Shown here piece after piece: positions 1 through 13,490 of a stretch of 64,000 nt of DNA. Both the position numbers and the translations under genes were made by a program. Numbering within the stretch: position 1 is the first letter of the stretch; each line of letters opens with the position of its first letter. A model generated the notes under the pieces. That model was not told where the DNA came from, did no database searches, and saw only the letters and a list, made by a program, of their open reading frames with translations. The stretch comes from Octopus sinensis (taxonomy: Eukaryota), in NCBI RefSeq assembly GCF_006345805.1, contig NC_043002.1, positions 19,592,001 through 19,656,000 on the forward strand. Direction: 5' to 3'.

Positions 1-2639
1 GGCTGACCAACAAAACCTCACACATTAGCAATGCATGAACATTGAACAAGACAAATGCATACTACATAAGCTCTTGAACCAGACATTCAGTTACTGGTGG
101 TTCCAATGTGACCATACCTGCAGAGTTTATCCCAAACAGGTAATGTGAAATACATCTAGTAACCACATGGCTATAAGTTCAAATCTAGATACTGTCACTG
201 TGTTGTACCTCCAAACAACAGAACCAGAACAGACAGAATTGTGCTTCCTTCACTCCAGTTATCCTGACTGAATAAAGGACAGCTTCCAATTGCTACTTTA
301 CAGACGAGTGGCCTGTGGTAGGAAGAAACGCATCCAACTGTAAAAACCATTACTCTACCAAAACACTCCACCCACCCATGCAAGTTTGGATAAGTGGATG
401 TAAGACAGTTAAAAATTTTTGTCTTTTTCAAATGTCTCATCTTTCAAAATATCTTTCTTCTCTTTTCCCTTGTATGAATGATTGAGGAAAGAAACCAAAC
501 CGTACTGGAATAAATATCTTTCAGTGCTTAGTTTTGTTCCTGTGTGTTTTTTTTTTGTTTTTTTTTTTACTTCAAGTTTTACTAAAGTTGATAATACCAA
601 CTTCATACAATCACCAAAATTTGAGGTATTGCGCTATTGTTAGAAATCATTATGTTCTGAGATCAAATAACATTGATATCAACTTTATCTTTTATACTTC
701 AGCGGTCAATTAAATACATTTTCTCTCTAATGTTGGGGTTGATTTAACTGACTATTTTCTCTCATAATTTTGTGGCATTGCACCTATACTAGAAATTTAT
801 TACCATTAGCATGCTGGACAAAATTCTTAGCAGGATTTTGTCTGTCTTTCTGTTCTGAATTTAAACTCCAAGGTTAACTTTGCCTTTCATCTTTTCAGGG
901 TCGATAAAATAAGTACCAGTCAAACACTGGGGTTGATACTGTCGACTAACTCCCTCCCACAAAAATTTCAGGCCCTGTGCCTTTAGTAGAAAGAATTATT
1001 ATTATGCAGAAATAATGTCAAGAGCTTCCTTTTGTAAATCAAGGATAAGACACATCTTTGAAACCTGAGATCTTTGTTAAGAAATATTCAGGCTTAGCAA
1101 AGATGTTCATAATTTTCAAAAAATGTTGAAGGTCTACAAAAATATCAAAGGTTATGTTGTTGTTATAATTTTCTAATTTTTTAAGAATTTGTTTGCTTTT
1201 ATTAGTATTTTTTTAAACCTCATGCTATGTTTATTTTTTTATTTTCTGTTGTTTTGTTTCTCATTCAACAGTTTATAATCACTGTTAATGTTATTGTTGT
1301 TTCATTAACATTTACAAATATTTCTAACTAAACTAACTGAAATTGTTTGCACACTGTCACCATTCACCTTCCACCATGTTCTGTATTCATACACACATGT
1401 GCATATATGTATGCATATATATATATACACACACACGTATGTATGTAAGTATGTATGCATGTATATGTGTTTGTATGTATGTATATATGTATATATATAT
1501 AATGCTAATATGTATAGCTATATGTGTATGTATTTATATTCCTCTGAAATGAGGGGCAAAGGCAAAGACAGATTTGTTTTTAAAAAAATCATGCACCACA
1601 TGTGATTAATAATTAATTCAATGAGCAGTCAGATGATGAAAACCTTTCCTATCGATAAGGAAACGAAACTAAAGAAGTCATAACATTTTGCAAGGAGGTA
1701 GGGGACATTTTTTAATTTTATTTTTTCAAGTCTTACAATTTATATTTTAAAATATATAATGAACTGTTTACATTTTCTGCAAGGCAGTTTCAATTCTAAA
1801 TTGAAACCAAATTCATTTGTACTCTAATGCCATTGAGCTTTGTAAGAGGTCTGGGTCTCACAGCTTCATTGTTACAACCCACCCTAGAACTATTTTCTTG
1901 TGCCTAAGATGTTATTATCAAAGAGAGATGGATTGGCAGTATTGGTAATGTGAATGACTTGCTTTATTTGGTTGCATTCCATTACATTCTGAGTTCAAAT
2001 CCCGGTGAGGTCAAATTTGTCTTTCCTCTTTCTGTGTTCAATAAAATTAGTACCAGTCATGTACTGGGGTCAGTTTAATCAACCTTGTTCCATCACACCA
2101 AAACCTTGTGCCAATATTTAAAATTATTATTTTTATTATTGTTGTTAAGGGTGGATTGGCAAAATTGTTAAAGCATCGGAAAAAATACTTGCAATATTTG
2201 TTCCAGCCCTCAAGTTCTGAGTTCAAATCCTGCCAAGATCAACTTTGCCTTTCATCTCTCCAGGAATGATAAAATAAGAAATCACTCAGCCACAATTTGT
2301 ATGTCAGACTTAACCACCTTTCTTCAAATTGCTGGCCTTGCACCTCAATTAGACATCCTTATTTTCTTTGAAATAATAATTATTGTTATCATTTTTAGGG
2401 CAGTAGATTGTCAGAATCAATAGAACTTGGGAAGAAAATACCTTGCAGTCCTTGTTCTGAGTCTTTTACATTCTCTATTCAAATCCTACCAAAATCAACT
2501 TAGCCTTTTATCCATTTGGGACTGATACTTTATCAATACAGTATCAGTCAAGTACTGGAGTTGATGGCATCAACTAACCTGCGCCTCTAGTCTTATGTGA
2601 AAAATTTTAATAATAATAATGATATCAATAATAGTTACT

Positions 2640-2985
2640 ATGTCATATAGTTGAGATAAGCTCGTAGTGAACAGTCTACAGCTCAACTTTGTATCCCAGC
2701 TGGAGCTTGCTAGCCTCGTCTGGCCCCTGTGCCAGTGGCACGTAAAAAGCACCATCCGATCGTGGCCGTTTGCCAGCCTCGTCTGGCACCTGTGCAGGTG
2801 GCACATAAAAAGCACCCACTACACTCTTAGAGTGGTTGGCGTTAGGAAGGGCATTCAGCTGTAGAAACATTGCCAGATCAGACTGGGCCTGGCGCAGCCT
2901 CCTGGCTTCCCAGACCCCAGTTGAACCGTCCAACCCATGCTAGCATGGAAAACGGACGTTAAACGATGATGATGATGATGATGGA
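2640..2985 (+). mobile_element. SINE or short LINE 3' end of the RTE-associated family
   Basis: Near-identical to the 3' UTR of the RTE LINEs (…aacccatgctagcatggaaaacggacgttaaacgatgatgat) and includes the ~55-bp internal repeats. Other copies: 9716-9980(-), 14018-14265(-), 17005-17140(-), 22011-22165(+), 24437-24595(-), 31385-31535(-), 33440-33665(+), 38480-38660(-), 60447-60635(-). Confidence 0.85.
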
Positions 2986-5450
2986 TATCTGCTAAGAAAT
3001 ATTAGCTACCTTTGTAGATATAAGTATTTAGATTTATAGGGAAAAGATGAGAAAGTGTTACATTCATGCCTTTCTCAGAAGCAATATTAGTAGCCTACAA
3101 AGGCAGCAAGCTTGCAGAATTATTAGTACATGGTACAAAATGCTCAGCAGCATTTCTTCCAACTCTTTACATTCTGAGTTCAAATCCTGCTGAGGTCAGC
3201 TTTGCTTTTTATCCTTTCAAGGTCAATGAAATAAAATACCTGTCAAGTGGGATCAATGTAATTAACTAGTCCCTCTCTTGAAGTTTGATGGTCATGTGCC
3301 AATATTAGAAAGAATATTGGTTGTCTACAAAGACAGGTGTAAGATTTTCAGTTTATAGAAAACAGGTCATAAGTTTCTGGAGGACATCAGCAATGCAAGA
3401 AGTGAAATGACTAAATCCAAAATTAAAACATGATGGCTTTCATAGTTGAATTAATTGGAAATAATGATTAAAAAAAAATTAACCCTTTTTCTACCCCAAG
3501 ATAAACTTTTATATGTTTATCCTAAAAACCTCTCATTTTTTTTTCATTTTTGTTTTCTCCCTCTCATTTGCATATTCCTTGCCTTTCTCCACTTCCTCAG
3601 TTTCTTACTTCCCTCTTTATTCCTTTCCTCTCTTAGATATTTGTTTGAAATATCTCTATAAGAGTTTCACTGAAACCATACATTACACAACATACACCAG
3701 GTGCATCAATTGAATTGTTTGTTTAAACCTGGTTTGAAACAATGACTTGTTCTTTCAAATCAATGTTGAATCCTGCTACGAGAAGTGACCGTTACAGGAA
3801 GACAGCATACTTTGTTCCTGTAACAGGTTGCCCAGTGTTTGTGTAGCAAGGTTATCTCTCTTGTTTAAGGTCTTGGCTTGTTTAACTTTCTCTAGCCTTT
3901 CTCTCTTTTATGCTCCCTCACTCCTTCCCTTCTGTCTCATCCTTTGTGCTGATTCATTTAACAATGCCAGAAATTCCTAGATACACTCTTCTACACAATT
4001 ACCTTGTTCTCAAAAGATATTTACCAGAAGAAAATATACTTTAAGCAATAGGGTACAAAATGTTCCCTTCTGTAATTTTTCTTTTGGAAAGGTCTTTTAA
4101 AATCGGATTAAAACTGATAAAAGTATGGAAATTTTGAAGAAATATTGGGAAATTATATTTTTAGCCATTCTCTGTTAAATATTTCTTGATTTTTTACAAT
4201 ATTATCTTCCAGTTTTAATCATTTATTAATTTTGCTGTTATCAAGATTATGCAATATTTTTCTGGTTATTGATTTTAACCAGTAAGATATCTAAAATATT
4301 GATTGCTTCAGATACTTGTCTATCACTTATGTATGTAAATATGTGTAATTTAAATTATGCATGAAAATGTGCATATAGACAAAAAGAGACAAACATATAT
4401 AGATAAACTAGTATCCGAAGCGATCACTATCAAATAGCAGGACACAATGATTTTGTCTCTATGAGAAGAAATACTACTAATTACAAAGTATTTTCTTCTT
4501 ACTTTGGTTGCTATGGTTTCAGTTAAACTTCATATTTTGTCCAGAGAGGTTCCTAGATTAAACTATCTGTGTGTCCTCTATGATAGTTTAATCTTCTCAG
4601 ATCAAGGGGTTAATTGAATTATATATGAAATAACCTTTCGTTCAATTTCTTCATATATGTGTGTATATATAAAGGTATAGTTATGTGCTTAGTTAGAAAC
4701 AAGTGTACATAGATAATCAGACATGTGTGCACAAACATTTAAATGTACAACCCACGTACGCATTAAATAAGATAGCACTTAACTTCATCACAATGTTTGA
4801 ATATTGCCTTATTTATTGAGTGCTTATTATATATCTATGAAAACACACACACATATCTATAAGCATATATCTCCATTCACACATTCCAGTATGAACTCAC
4901 ATGCAACCACATACTCAGAAACAGAGACATAATGCAACCCATTATAGGTTGATGTTGTCAATAGAACCAATTTGTTGCATTCTTAAATACTAATAGTGGC
5001 ACCTTAAGATGTTTTAAGAATCCCAGATGAATGAAAACTCTTTCAGAAATTTATCAGCCAACCTCCAAACAATGCTGATAGTTTCCCATATTAATATGAA
5101 GCCTCAACTTCAGAAAGATTACCATGTGTTGCCTCAACATTAATATTTTTCCCAAAGATATTAATTAGCAATGTAATTGAAGTATTACCAACTGAATTGA
5201 AATGACTCCTAGACTAGGCTCAACAAATCTGCCCCTGTATTATAACAGTTGGATTTTACATGACAAAGTAGAGTGTATAGTCAACTGAATCAACTGCAGT
5301 GTATAACTTGTATGTATTTTACTGGTATCTGATATAATGGACTAGATCCTACTAAAGATTCACCTGTTCTTAGTAATACCAATTTGTAGGAAAGACAGTG
5401 TGATGAACTAGACCGGATCCAGTATATTACTGGTACTTATTGTATTAAAA

Positions 5451-5670
5451 GGCGACAAGCTGGCAAAAACGTTAGCACACCGGGCAAAATGCTTAGCGGT
5501 TTTTTGTCTGCTGTTACGTTCTGAGTTCAAATTCCGCTGAGGTCGACTTTGCCTTTCATCCTTTCAGGGTCGATAAATTAAGTACCAGTTATGCACTGGG
5601 GTCGATATAATTGACTTAATCCGTTTGTCCCCTCTGTGTTTAGCCCCTTGTTGGTAGTAAAGAAATAGGT
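5451..5670 (+). mobile_element. tRNA-derived SINE with GTCGACTTTGCCTTTCATCCTTTC..GGTCGATAAATTAAGTACCAG central domain
   Basis: Has A/B-box-like heads (GGCAAAAACGTTAGC, GAGTTCAAATTCC). Related copies at about 820-1000, 1930-2130, 2145-2360, 2400-2600, 3105-3310, 24600-24740(-), 27250-27470, 27988-28405(-, tandem) and 58008-58235. Confidence 0.8.
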
Positions 5671-6608
5671 ACTTATTGTATTAATTTTGAATAGAACAAT
5701 AAGAATAACAGTTTCTTACTTTGGAACATGGTTGAACTGACTCTCTTCCCTAATACATGTCTGTCTTATAATATAGACGCTGGATAGATGAAGGGCAAAG
5801 TAAACTTCAGTAGGGTTTGAATTTAGAACTCAGGATGTATCTAAATTTTGTAAAGCATTTCGTCTGGTGCTCCACCTTTGTAAATAATAATATCTACAGG
5901 CATTGTTTTGTTTTTGTTTTGAAATACCTTACAAACATCAAAATAGGTTACGTACTCTCCTAAATTGGGATTTTTCAAGCTGCTTTTGAAGCAGCTGTGT
6001 CACTTATTTCAATGAATAATTACTGTAGAATATTTCCTATTTAAAATATTTAAATAGGATGATGTCTGACAAAAACTTGCATTATCACCTACCAGTTGTG
6101 TCCTCCTACTCCAATCTATAATGAAATCCTCAATTCAAAAAGCAACAACTTTTGATTAACTTGTATCAAAATGTAAAATATCTATCAATGAAAAACTTAA
6201 TTAAAACAAAAAAAAATAATTTCTATAAACTCTACTAATCAAATTATAATTGACTAAGCTTGCTTCATTCATCAAATTAATTTTTATTTTTTTATTATCC
6301 TAAAATGAAATTAAGTTGAGGCTGTTGAAATCTCACAATGTATTTTCTCCCTACAAAGCTTGAATGCAGTAAAGAAGCTTCCCTTCACACTCCCCTCTCT
6401 GTGGGAATTAGATATTAATGACAGGAATGTGATGCATAAGCAAATCCAAAGACCTTTCCACTTTTGGTAATGTGACTGCTTATTATAATTAGAATTAATT
6501 ATAATAGTAACATTCTAAACTGAAATTGTGACTAACATTAAAGTCATCATCTGTTCTAATAAAAATATTCATTTTTGTTTTTTTTTTTGGGGGGGGGGGG
6601 AATATTTT

Positions 6609-6640
<32 letters not shown>

Positions 6641-9600
6641 ATATATATATATATATATGTATATATAAAATGTTGCAGTTAGATGTGTGCGTGTGTGTGT
6701 GAGTTTTCCTTCATTAATTAACTTAAAATTTTTTAATTGTATTTCCTTCATTTGTCTTTCTGTTAACAAATACCATGTTGTTGTTGTTGTTCAAAAGGTC
6801 AATAAATATTAACCAAAATTAAAAGCATAAAAGTGAAATCTTCTGCTTAATTTATTTTAACCCCTAATCACTGTTTCTTTTGATTTTATATATTATTTTT
6901 GAACTGTTTCTGTGAGTCTTGTGTTATTTTATCCAATATTGTTGTGTAACCATGGAATGTTCAGGTAGATTGTCGGAAGCAGTCAAGTGAAATTCTACTT
7001 TTGCATAAGGCAAGAGACAGAGTCCATTTCTGGTGACATGGCAACAGATGTTGCAGGAGTGAAGCAGCACAAAATTACCTCTAGTTTATAATTCTCGTTA
7101 ATGAAGGTGGGAAGGGTGATGCTGAGAATCCTTGCTATAAAACTATTTTGTCAATTTAAGACCAGTTTTTTTTTTTGGTCTAATGAGATGTTTTTAAAAT
7201 TATTTATTCTATAAAGTAAAAGCAGTATCCTTGTGCCTTTTCGGGGTCTCTGTGACTCATGGAAGGCAAGGAGGAAACAATCTTCAAACTAGGGATCTTG
7301 CCTGAATGCTTACAACAGGGTGGGGTCTGCTAAAAGCACCAAAGAGTAGATATGTAAATAAGTGATTTCAGGCTAAAAGGTATAGTAGACTATTTCAATG
7401 AAGTGTGATAGTGTATGTCTGTTAAACCAGAATGGTGAATGTAAGAGAATCAAGAGAAACTGGAAAGGAAGAGACAAATATGGGTTTCACCTTACTTGCT
7501 CACTAAAACTGGATTTTCATTTAAGCATGCAAATTTGTACTTTTTTGTAAAATTAATTCTTAATTGCATGAAATTATCTTCAGCTTGTTTTTGAAGGTTA
7601 CAGTCACTACTAGGTTTATTTTCTTTCTCCAAGTATGATGCATATTTTAACTGAGAATTTTGTGTGTGATCCAGTATATCATCCCCACTTGATGTACCTA
7701 CAATTCATGCTACTGATCTGCTTGAGTTATTTCCCTTATATCTTTTAACATCAAGAGCTAATGGCCAAACTGTTTAAACCCTTTTCCTACTTGTGGAATC
7801 ATTGTTGGTTGATCAAACAGATTCAAGTTTATCTATATTTCAAGAACAATACTTAATAAAGTCCAAAAACAGATTTTCTCTTCAGCCTATAGATTAATAT
7901 TTTTGTAAAAGTAATTAATTTCTAGAACTGTTTCCTTTCCTTTGAGAGTTACTAACAATCGCTTAAAAGTTTTCGTTTTCTTTTTCCAACTAATAGGCAA
8001 ATTTGAATTGAGAATTTTTTTGCATGTGTCACATAATACATCTATATAGTCATAGCATGTCAAATATCACTAATTAACTTAGGGCAAAATCTGAGTACAA
8101 AGGGAATTAAAAGAAAGCAGTCAGATATATAAAAAGTCATTAGCTAATGTATATTGTAAGGAAGACGACTTTAGATATGTCTGTGAATGAAAATAGCAAT
8201 TTGGATTTATAAAAATGCAGGTTTGTTGTTTAGGCTCAGGTCAGTCTATCTTGATTCAGCAGACATCATCATCATTTAAAATCTATCTTCCATACCAGCA
8301 TTGGCTGATGGTTTGACATGATCCAAGCCAGAAAACCGCATCAAGCTTCAATGTCTATTTTGGCATGGTTGCTATGGTTGGATGCCCATCTCTAATTCCA
8401 ACCACTTAGAGTATACCAAGTACTTTATTCAGTGGCTGGTACTAATGAGATCACCAAGTAACAGACTAGACATGCACCCTCAATTGAGTAGGGGAGCAAT
8501 AGAGAGGTAGGTGGCTTTATGCCAGGTGTTGCAAGGACAGAACAGGTGTTTTGCTGTAGCAGAGATACATGCCTACCCCAACTGGAAAGAGGAAGAGATG
8601 GTGGCGACAAAGTGTCAGGGCATACCCTCATGGTACAAGAAGGTGAATATAAGAGAGAGTAAGAAGAGAAGATTAAGAAGGGTAGGTAAGTTTGTGAAAA
8701 TGTGAAAGGAGTGACAGATGGGGGATAGAGGTGATACAGTGAATGGTGAACAAAGGTGGAGGTATGGCTGATGGTGAATAGGAGTGGATCAAGGAGAGGA
8801 AGAGGTGTCGAAATGGAGAGCAGCAATACTGCAGTATTAAAGATTTGGTATGGCAGTCATAAGATGTAACTTCAGGAAAGAGATGTTCAGTTGAAAATAA
8901 AGTGGAAAGAGATGATATTGAGAATTCAGGACAGGTTGAATGAGAAAAGAAGTGATTCCAAGGAGAGAGAGAAATAAATGCTAGTACAAGAGGGAATGGA
9001 ATTACATCAGTTCTACTCTAATTATGGCAGCTGAGTGAGTAGTGACATAGTAAGAATGTTGACAGAAAAATGTATTAGTCATGACTCTTTTTTTTTTTTT
9101 TTTAATCTTTCAGGCATAATATTTCTGTCTACATTATCTAATGTGCTTTTAAGATAGTTTGCAGTGATTTGAAAGAGATTTTGCTGTTAGTTCTAGCAAG
9201 TCAACTGACCAGGAGGAGCCTCACTTACTGGCTTTAATTAAGATAAGTAATGTGAGAAAACTATTATTAGTAGCAGGTTGAAATACTAAATAGTGTCTCT
9301 CTCTCTCTCTGTTCTGTAGCTCTATGCATTGTTTTTGGGTTTTTTTTTTTGTTTTTCAGGCATAGTCTATCCTGGACAAAAGTAATGTGTTTTCCCTCTT
9401 TAAGACAACTAGTGCAAATCAAAGGAGATTTAGTTACTTTTTCTAGCAATTCAAATGACTAAGTTTAAATTCCCTCATTGTTGTAAACAAAAGACTTGAA
9501 ATGTCATGGTTAGATCAAACCTGAAGATAGGGTTAATAGATGAGGTGAAACAGAATTGACACTTTTGTAAACCTGATCAATCCACTGCATCAGGAAAGAA

Positions 9601-10014
9601 AATAGCTCCATATTTACTTGTATATATTATATGAGAAATTTGATACAAAACACCAAGGTCAAAATTGAAGGTGTGCAATATATTGAGACAGAAAAATAAA
9701 GATATATTCATTTTTTTTCATGTAACGCCTGGGTTTGATGGTTTGACTGAGGACTGGCAAACCAGATGGCTTCACAAGGCTCCAATCTGATCTGGCAGAG
9801 TTTCTACAGCTGGATGCCCTTCCTAACGCCAACCATTCTGAGAATGTAGTGCCTGCTTTTACGTGCCACCAGCGTGAGGGCCAGTCTGGCAGTACTGGCA
9901 ACAGCCATGCTCAAATGATGTTTTTTACATGCCACTTGCACAGGAGCCAGTCCAGTGGCACTGGCAACGACCGCACTCGAATAATAATTGTTAGATAGAA
10001 AATAGGAGCTTATA

Positions 10015-10160
10015 TTATAAGGTTGTCCCAAAAGTTCGTAGAAAGTCTTGGAAAATAATGGTCTTTATTTTGAGGAATAATTTTTGTTGTTTTTGTTAGT
10101 ACTTGGCGAGTAAAAATTCAATTTTCGCAAGTGTTTACGAACTTTTGGGACAACCTAATA
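10015..10160. mobile_element. Tc1/mariner-type MITE
   Basis: 21-bp perfect TIR AGGTTGTCCCAAAAGTTCGTA (10020-10040) / TACGAACTTTTGGGACAACCT (10136-10156), with TA-rich flanks. Confidence 0.85.
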
Positions 10161-11643
10161 TATTCAAGAATACAATGTACATGAGTAAAAGAAAATCAAA
10201 AGGATGTTAATGATTGTCACTCATTAGAGCTGTTAAATATAATGAACAAGGCAAAAACAAGAGATAACAAAATTTATTTATTTTTAATGGGATTACATAA
10301 ATGTTTCTTTATCAGAATCTTTACAGTTAAAAAAAAAGAAAAGAAAACTTGACACTCTTTGTATAAACATTTCGTTTGAATTACATTCAAGACACTTTTG
10401 GCAATGAGAGGGATTAGCTGAGAATTTTACAGGTCTTATGTTTTAAAATCAAATGCAGTGGGATGTGAAGTTTTGATTTTTTAATCCAGTGTCACATCAA
10501 GGTAAAGAAAGGAAGTTTCCCAATCCACTGCATTCAAACAACAAATTCAAAGTGGTTCCAATATGTATAAACTCAAATATTAGTACCAAATATAATTTTG
10601 AACTTCTAGAAATGTAAATGATGGAGTAATCTATCCCATGTTCTATTTAAATTTTCCTAATCCATTCATGAATTAGAACTTAACTAGGTAAGCCTCATTT
10701 AACTAGAAATGAAGGTCAGTGAGTGTGTATGCATGCAGGTGTAAGAGAGACAATTATATATGGATGCAGGCCTAGCTGTGGGGTCAAACAGTTCACTTCA
10801 CAACCATGTGTTATCAAACTTAACCCACAAAGTGATGTGCACTTCAGGCAAGTGTATTTTACCATAATTTGGAGTTCACTGATAATTTCAGAGACAAATT
10901 TGCTTAATAGAAACTGTGTGGAAGCCCATTGTGTACAGGTATGTATATATAAATATATACAATTTACTGGTGAAAATTTATCAGTAGATTTTTTAAATGA
11001 ATTCCATATGAAAATTTACAGCTTGTATGTCCAAATGAGAAGTTTACAAATGTGCCTGACTATCCTATAATATGATGTTTATATCCTATCATGAGTACTG
11101 CATGATGTCTAGAGCTAAGACATTTATCCCATTCAATCCTAGATATGTGGATAGGTATCGTGATGTGGCACTCATTGCTACAAATGACAGCAACACTGTA
11201 TATTGATTGAGGTGGTCTGTATTAGCAACAATTAATCAACAGGAAAGTTTAATGAGTGAGACAATTGCAGAATCTAATACTTTGGGCATTGCTTTCTATT
11301 TGAGTATGAAGAACAATGAGAGTTTTGTCAGATTGAAATACTGAGTTCCAAATCTCTCATGAAGAACCTTACAGCATCCCAGGCTAGAGAGAGAGAAGCA
11401 AAACCTTTTAAATAATGACTAAATTATGTATGTGAACTTCACTATGTATATAGGTATGTAAGATAATGTATGTTTGTATATTATTAACCACATCATGAAG
11501 ACTGGGTCTTTGAATTCATCTGTGCCACATTTCTGGCAACAGTTGCTAGATTTCACTCACATCCAAGACTTGCCTTTAAATGCAGTTAAAAGCCTTGAAA
11601 GATAAAAGGTTTTTGCTATTTCATTTGTGCCAGAATAAGAGTA

Positions 11644-11845
11644 CAGTAATCCCTCGCCGTGTAGTGGTTTATTATTTAAGCTTATGTTGATTGTTCCGTG
11701 GTGTTTTGCATTTATAATAAATATATACAAATTACAAAAATAATTTTAAAAATATATACAGTACAGTACTGTTTCTACTTGGCAGATTTTCAACTATCAT
11801 GGGGGCTTTTGGAACGTGACACCTGTGATAGTCATGGGATTACTG
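11644..11845. mobile_element. pogo/Tigger-like MITE
   Basis: TIR CAGTAATCCC ... GGGATTACTG, preceded by TA. Confidence 0.7.
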
Positions 11846-12466
11846 TGTTTTAAATGTTAAATTACCAGCTTTTATGTATGTGTAAGTAATGTACCTCAGT
11901 CAACAGGGTTACAAATGTACCCTTGATCATTTCATCATAATATAATAGTGATTCAAGAAAGAATACACTGCTAGAAATAGCAACCAAACTTCCCTAAAAT
12001 AATACCCTAATATTTTTAAAACAAACATGGGACACATTAGCTAATTAATTCTTAGATACACTATGTGAATAAAAGATGAAACAGTCAAAGTTTGAATGCC
12101 TTTTATCATTGCTAATCTGGGCCAAAATATCAACATAGCAAGGAAGCAGACTAGGTGAGAGAAAATTCAGGTTTCTTTTTCCCACCTTATCAAAAGAGAC
12201 ACTGCAGAACTGATGATAGGATATGAACTTCTTACCAGTAGCCTGGCATTTTACAAAATCAAAATAATTTTTGAGAGAGGATCGGAATGAATAATATAGT
12301 GTGTGTCTGAGGGGAAAGAATAACTATATGCATATTTATATTTGTATGTCTAAGTGTGACTAGTTGTTTATGTAGAGAAAATAAGACTGGAAGAGTATAA
12401 CAAGGTAAGTATGTGTGAGACAGATATTGCAACCAATGCTGCAGAATATATACATATAAACAGATC

Positions 12467-12472
12467 TTTATT
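12467..12472 (-). promoter_or_regulatory. Candidate SELENON polyadenylation signal AATAAA
   Basis: AATAAA on the minus strand about 150 nt downstream of the SECIS core. The motif is common in AT-rich DNA. Confidence 0.4.
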
Positions 12473-12603
12473 AAATTTATTTTAACTTGTTGAATATAAA
12501 ATTTCGCAACAGTAGAAAAATTAACCTCAATTTTCTATTGAAGGTGTACCTAAATATATGGCTAAGAGTTTGTTTCTCAGTTCAGTTGTGCACATCCAGT
12601 ATG

Positions 12604-12686
12604 TACCCACATTTCAGCATCAGGCACAAACTCACCACATAAGGTTTTACATTGGTGCCATCATTCAGGTATCAACTGAGTGTGCA
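12604..12686 (-). promoter_or_regulatory. SECIS element (type II) in SELENON 3' UTR
   Basis: AUGA-UGGCACCAAUGU-AAA-ACC(UUAUGU)GGU-GAGUUUGUGCC-UGAU. Has a UGAU/UGAU core, a GGCAC/GUGCC helix II, 12 nt from AUGA to AAA and an apical mini-stem. UCAGU/GCUGA can form helix I. Confidence 0.85.
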
Positions 12687-12861
12687 TAACTAAATACATG
12701 TGTGTGTATGCAGGTTTTGGAAGAAATCTAACAAGTCATATCACAGAACTTGCTTTAGTTCTTAGCCGAATTCTATATAAAAATATATATTTCATATAAT
12801 TAAAATAATAATAAAAAAACAGGACATAAATTTGTTAATCTGCAATTCCCGATTTTACAGG

Positions 12862-12952
12862 TTATATGTTTGGTCTCGTTTTGTACTTTAAACTATTTTG
12901 AAAACCTGTCTTCAAGAAATTTAAGTAAGACACGGTGGTTGGGTTTTGAAAC
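12862..12952 (-). CDS. SELENON: Selenoprotein N, terminal coding exon 8 (GFQNPTTVSYLNFLKTGFQNSLKYKTRPNI*)
   Basis: Not in the ORF track. Matches SelN C-terminus FEDPSTATYMQFLKEGL. Acceptor ctttctttatctccAG at 12953-12954, phase 2 fits exon 7. TAA at 12862-12864. Confidence 0.9.
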
Positions 12953-13109
12953 CTGGAGATAAAGAAAGAAAGAAAGATAAATTACTTAATAATTATTTTT
13001 CCATATAATTTCCTAATAGTTAAACATTTTACTATATATTGTAAAGGAATCACAAACAGTTAATGAATTTAAATACATACACACGCATATATATATATAT
13101 ATATATATG

Positions 13110-13490
13110 TATACTCTTTACATGTTTCAGTCATTTGACTGTGGCCATGCTGGAGCACCGCCTTTAGTTGAGCAAATCGACCCCGGGACTTATTCTTTGT
13201 AAGCCCAGTACTTATTCAATCGGCCTCTTTCGCCAAACCGCTAAGTGACGGGGACGTAAACACACCAGCATCGGTTGTCAGGCAATGCTAGGGGGACAAA
13301 CACAGACACACATACACATACATATATACGATGGGCTTCTTTCAGTTTCCGTCTACCAAATCCACTCACAAGGCATTGGTCGGCCCGGGGCTATAGCAGA
13401 AGACACTTGCCCAAGATGCCACGCAGTCGGACTGAACCCGGAACCATGTGGTTGGTTAGCAAGCTACTTATCACACAGCCACTCCTGCTG
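13110..13490 (-). mobile_element. tRNA-derived CORE-type SINE
   Basis: tRNA-like head GCAGGAGTGGCTGTGTG...GGGTTCAGTCC and CORE-like GGCATCTTGGGCAAGTGTCTT. A second full copy is at 42480-42850(-), with partial copies at 15520-15640, 19500-19650 and 28910-29130. Confidence 0.78.

Noticed and set aside
5451-5540. tRNA genes
   Set aside because: The A/B-box-like sequences here and elsewhere are SINE heads and do not form full cloverleaves.
6359-7100. Possible plus-strand exons (LNAVKKLPFTLPSLWELDINDRN...; IVGSSQVKFYFCIRQETES...)
   Set aside because: No recognisable homology, and the splice phases I tried join into a stop. Cannot be supported without RNA-seq.
8425-8826. 133-aa minus-strand ORF
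   Set aside because: Translation of a purine-rich degenerate repeat tail with no domain.
10723-11070. 115-aa plus-strand ORF
   Set aside because: No recognisable domain or convincing splice sites. Likely chance.
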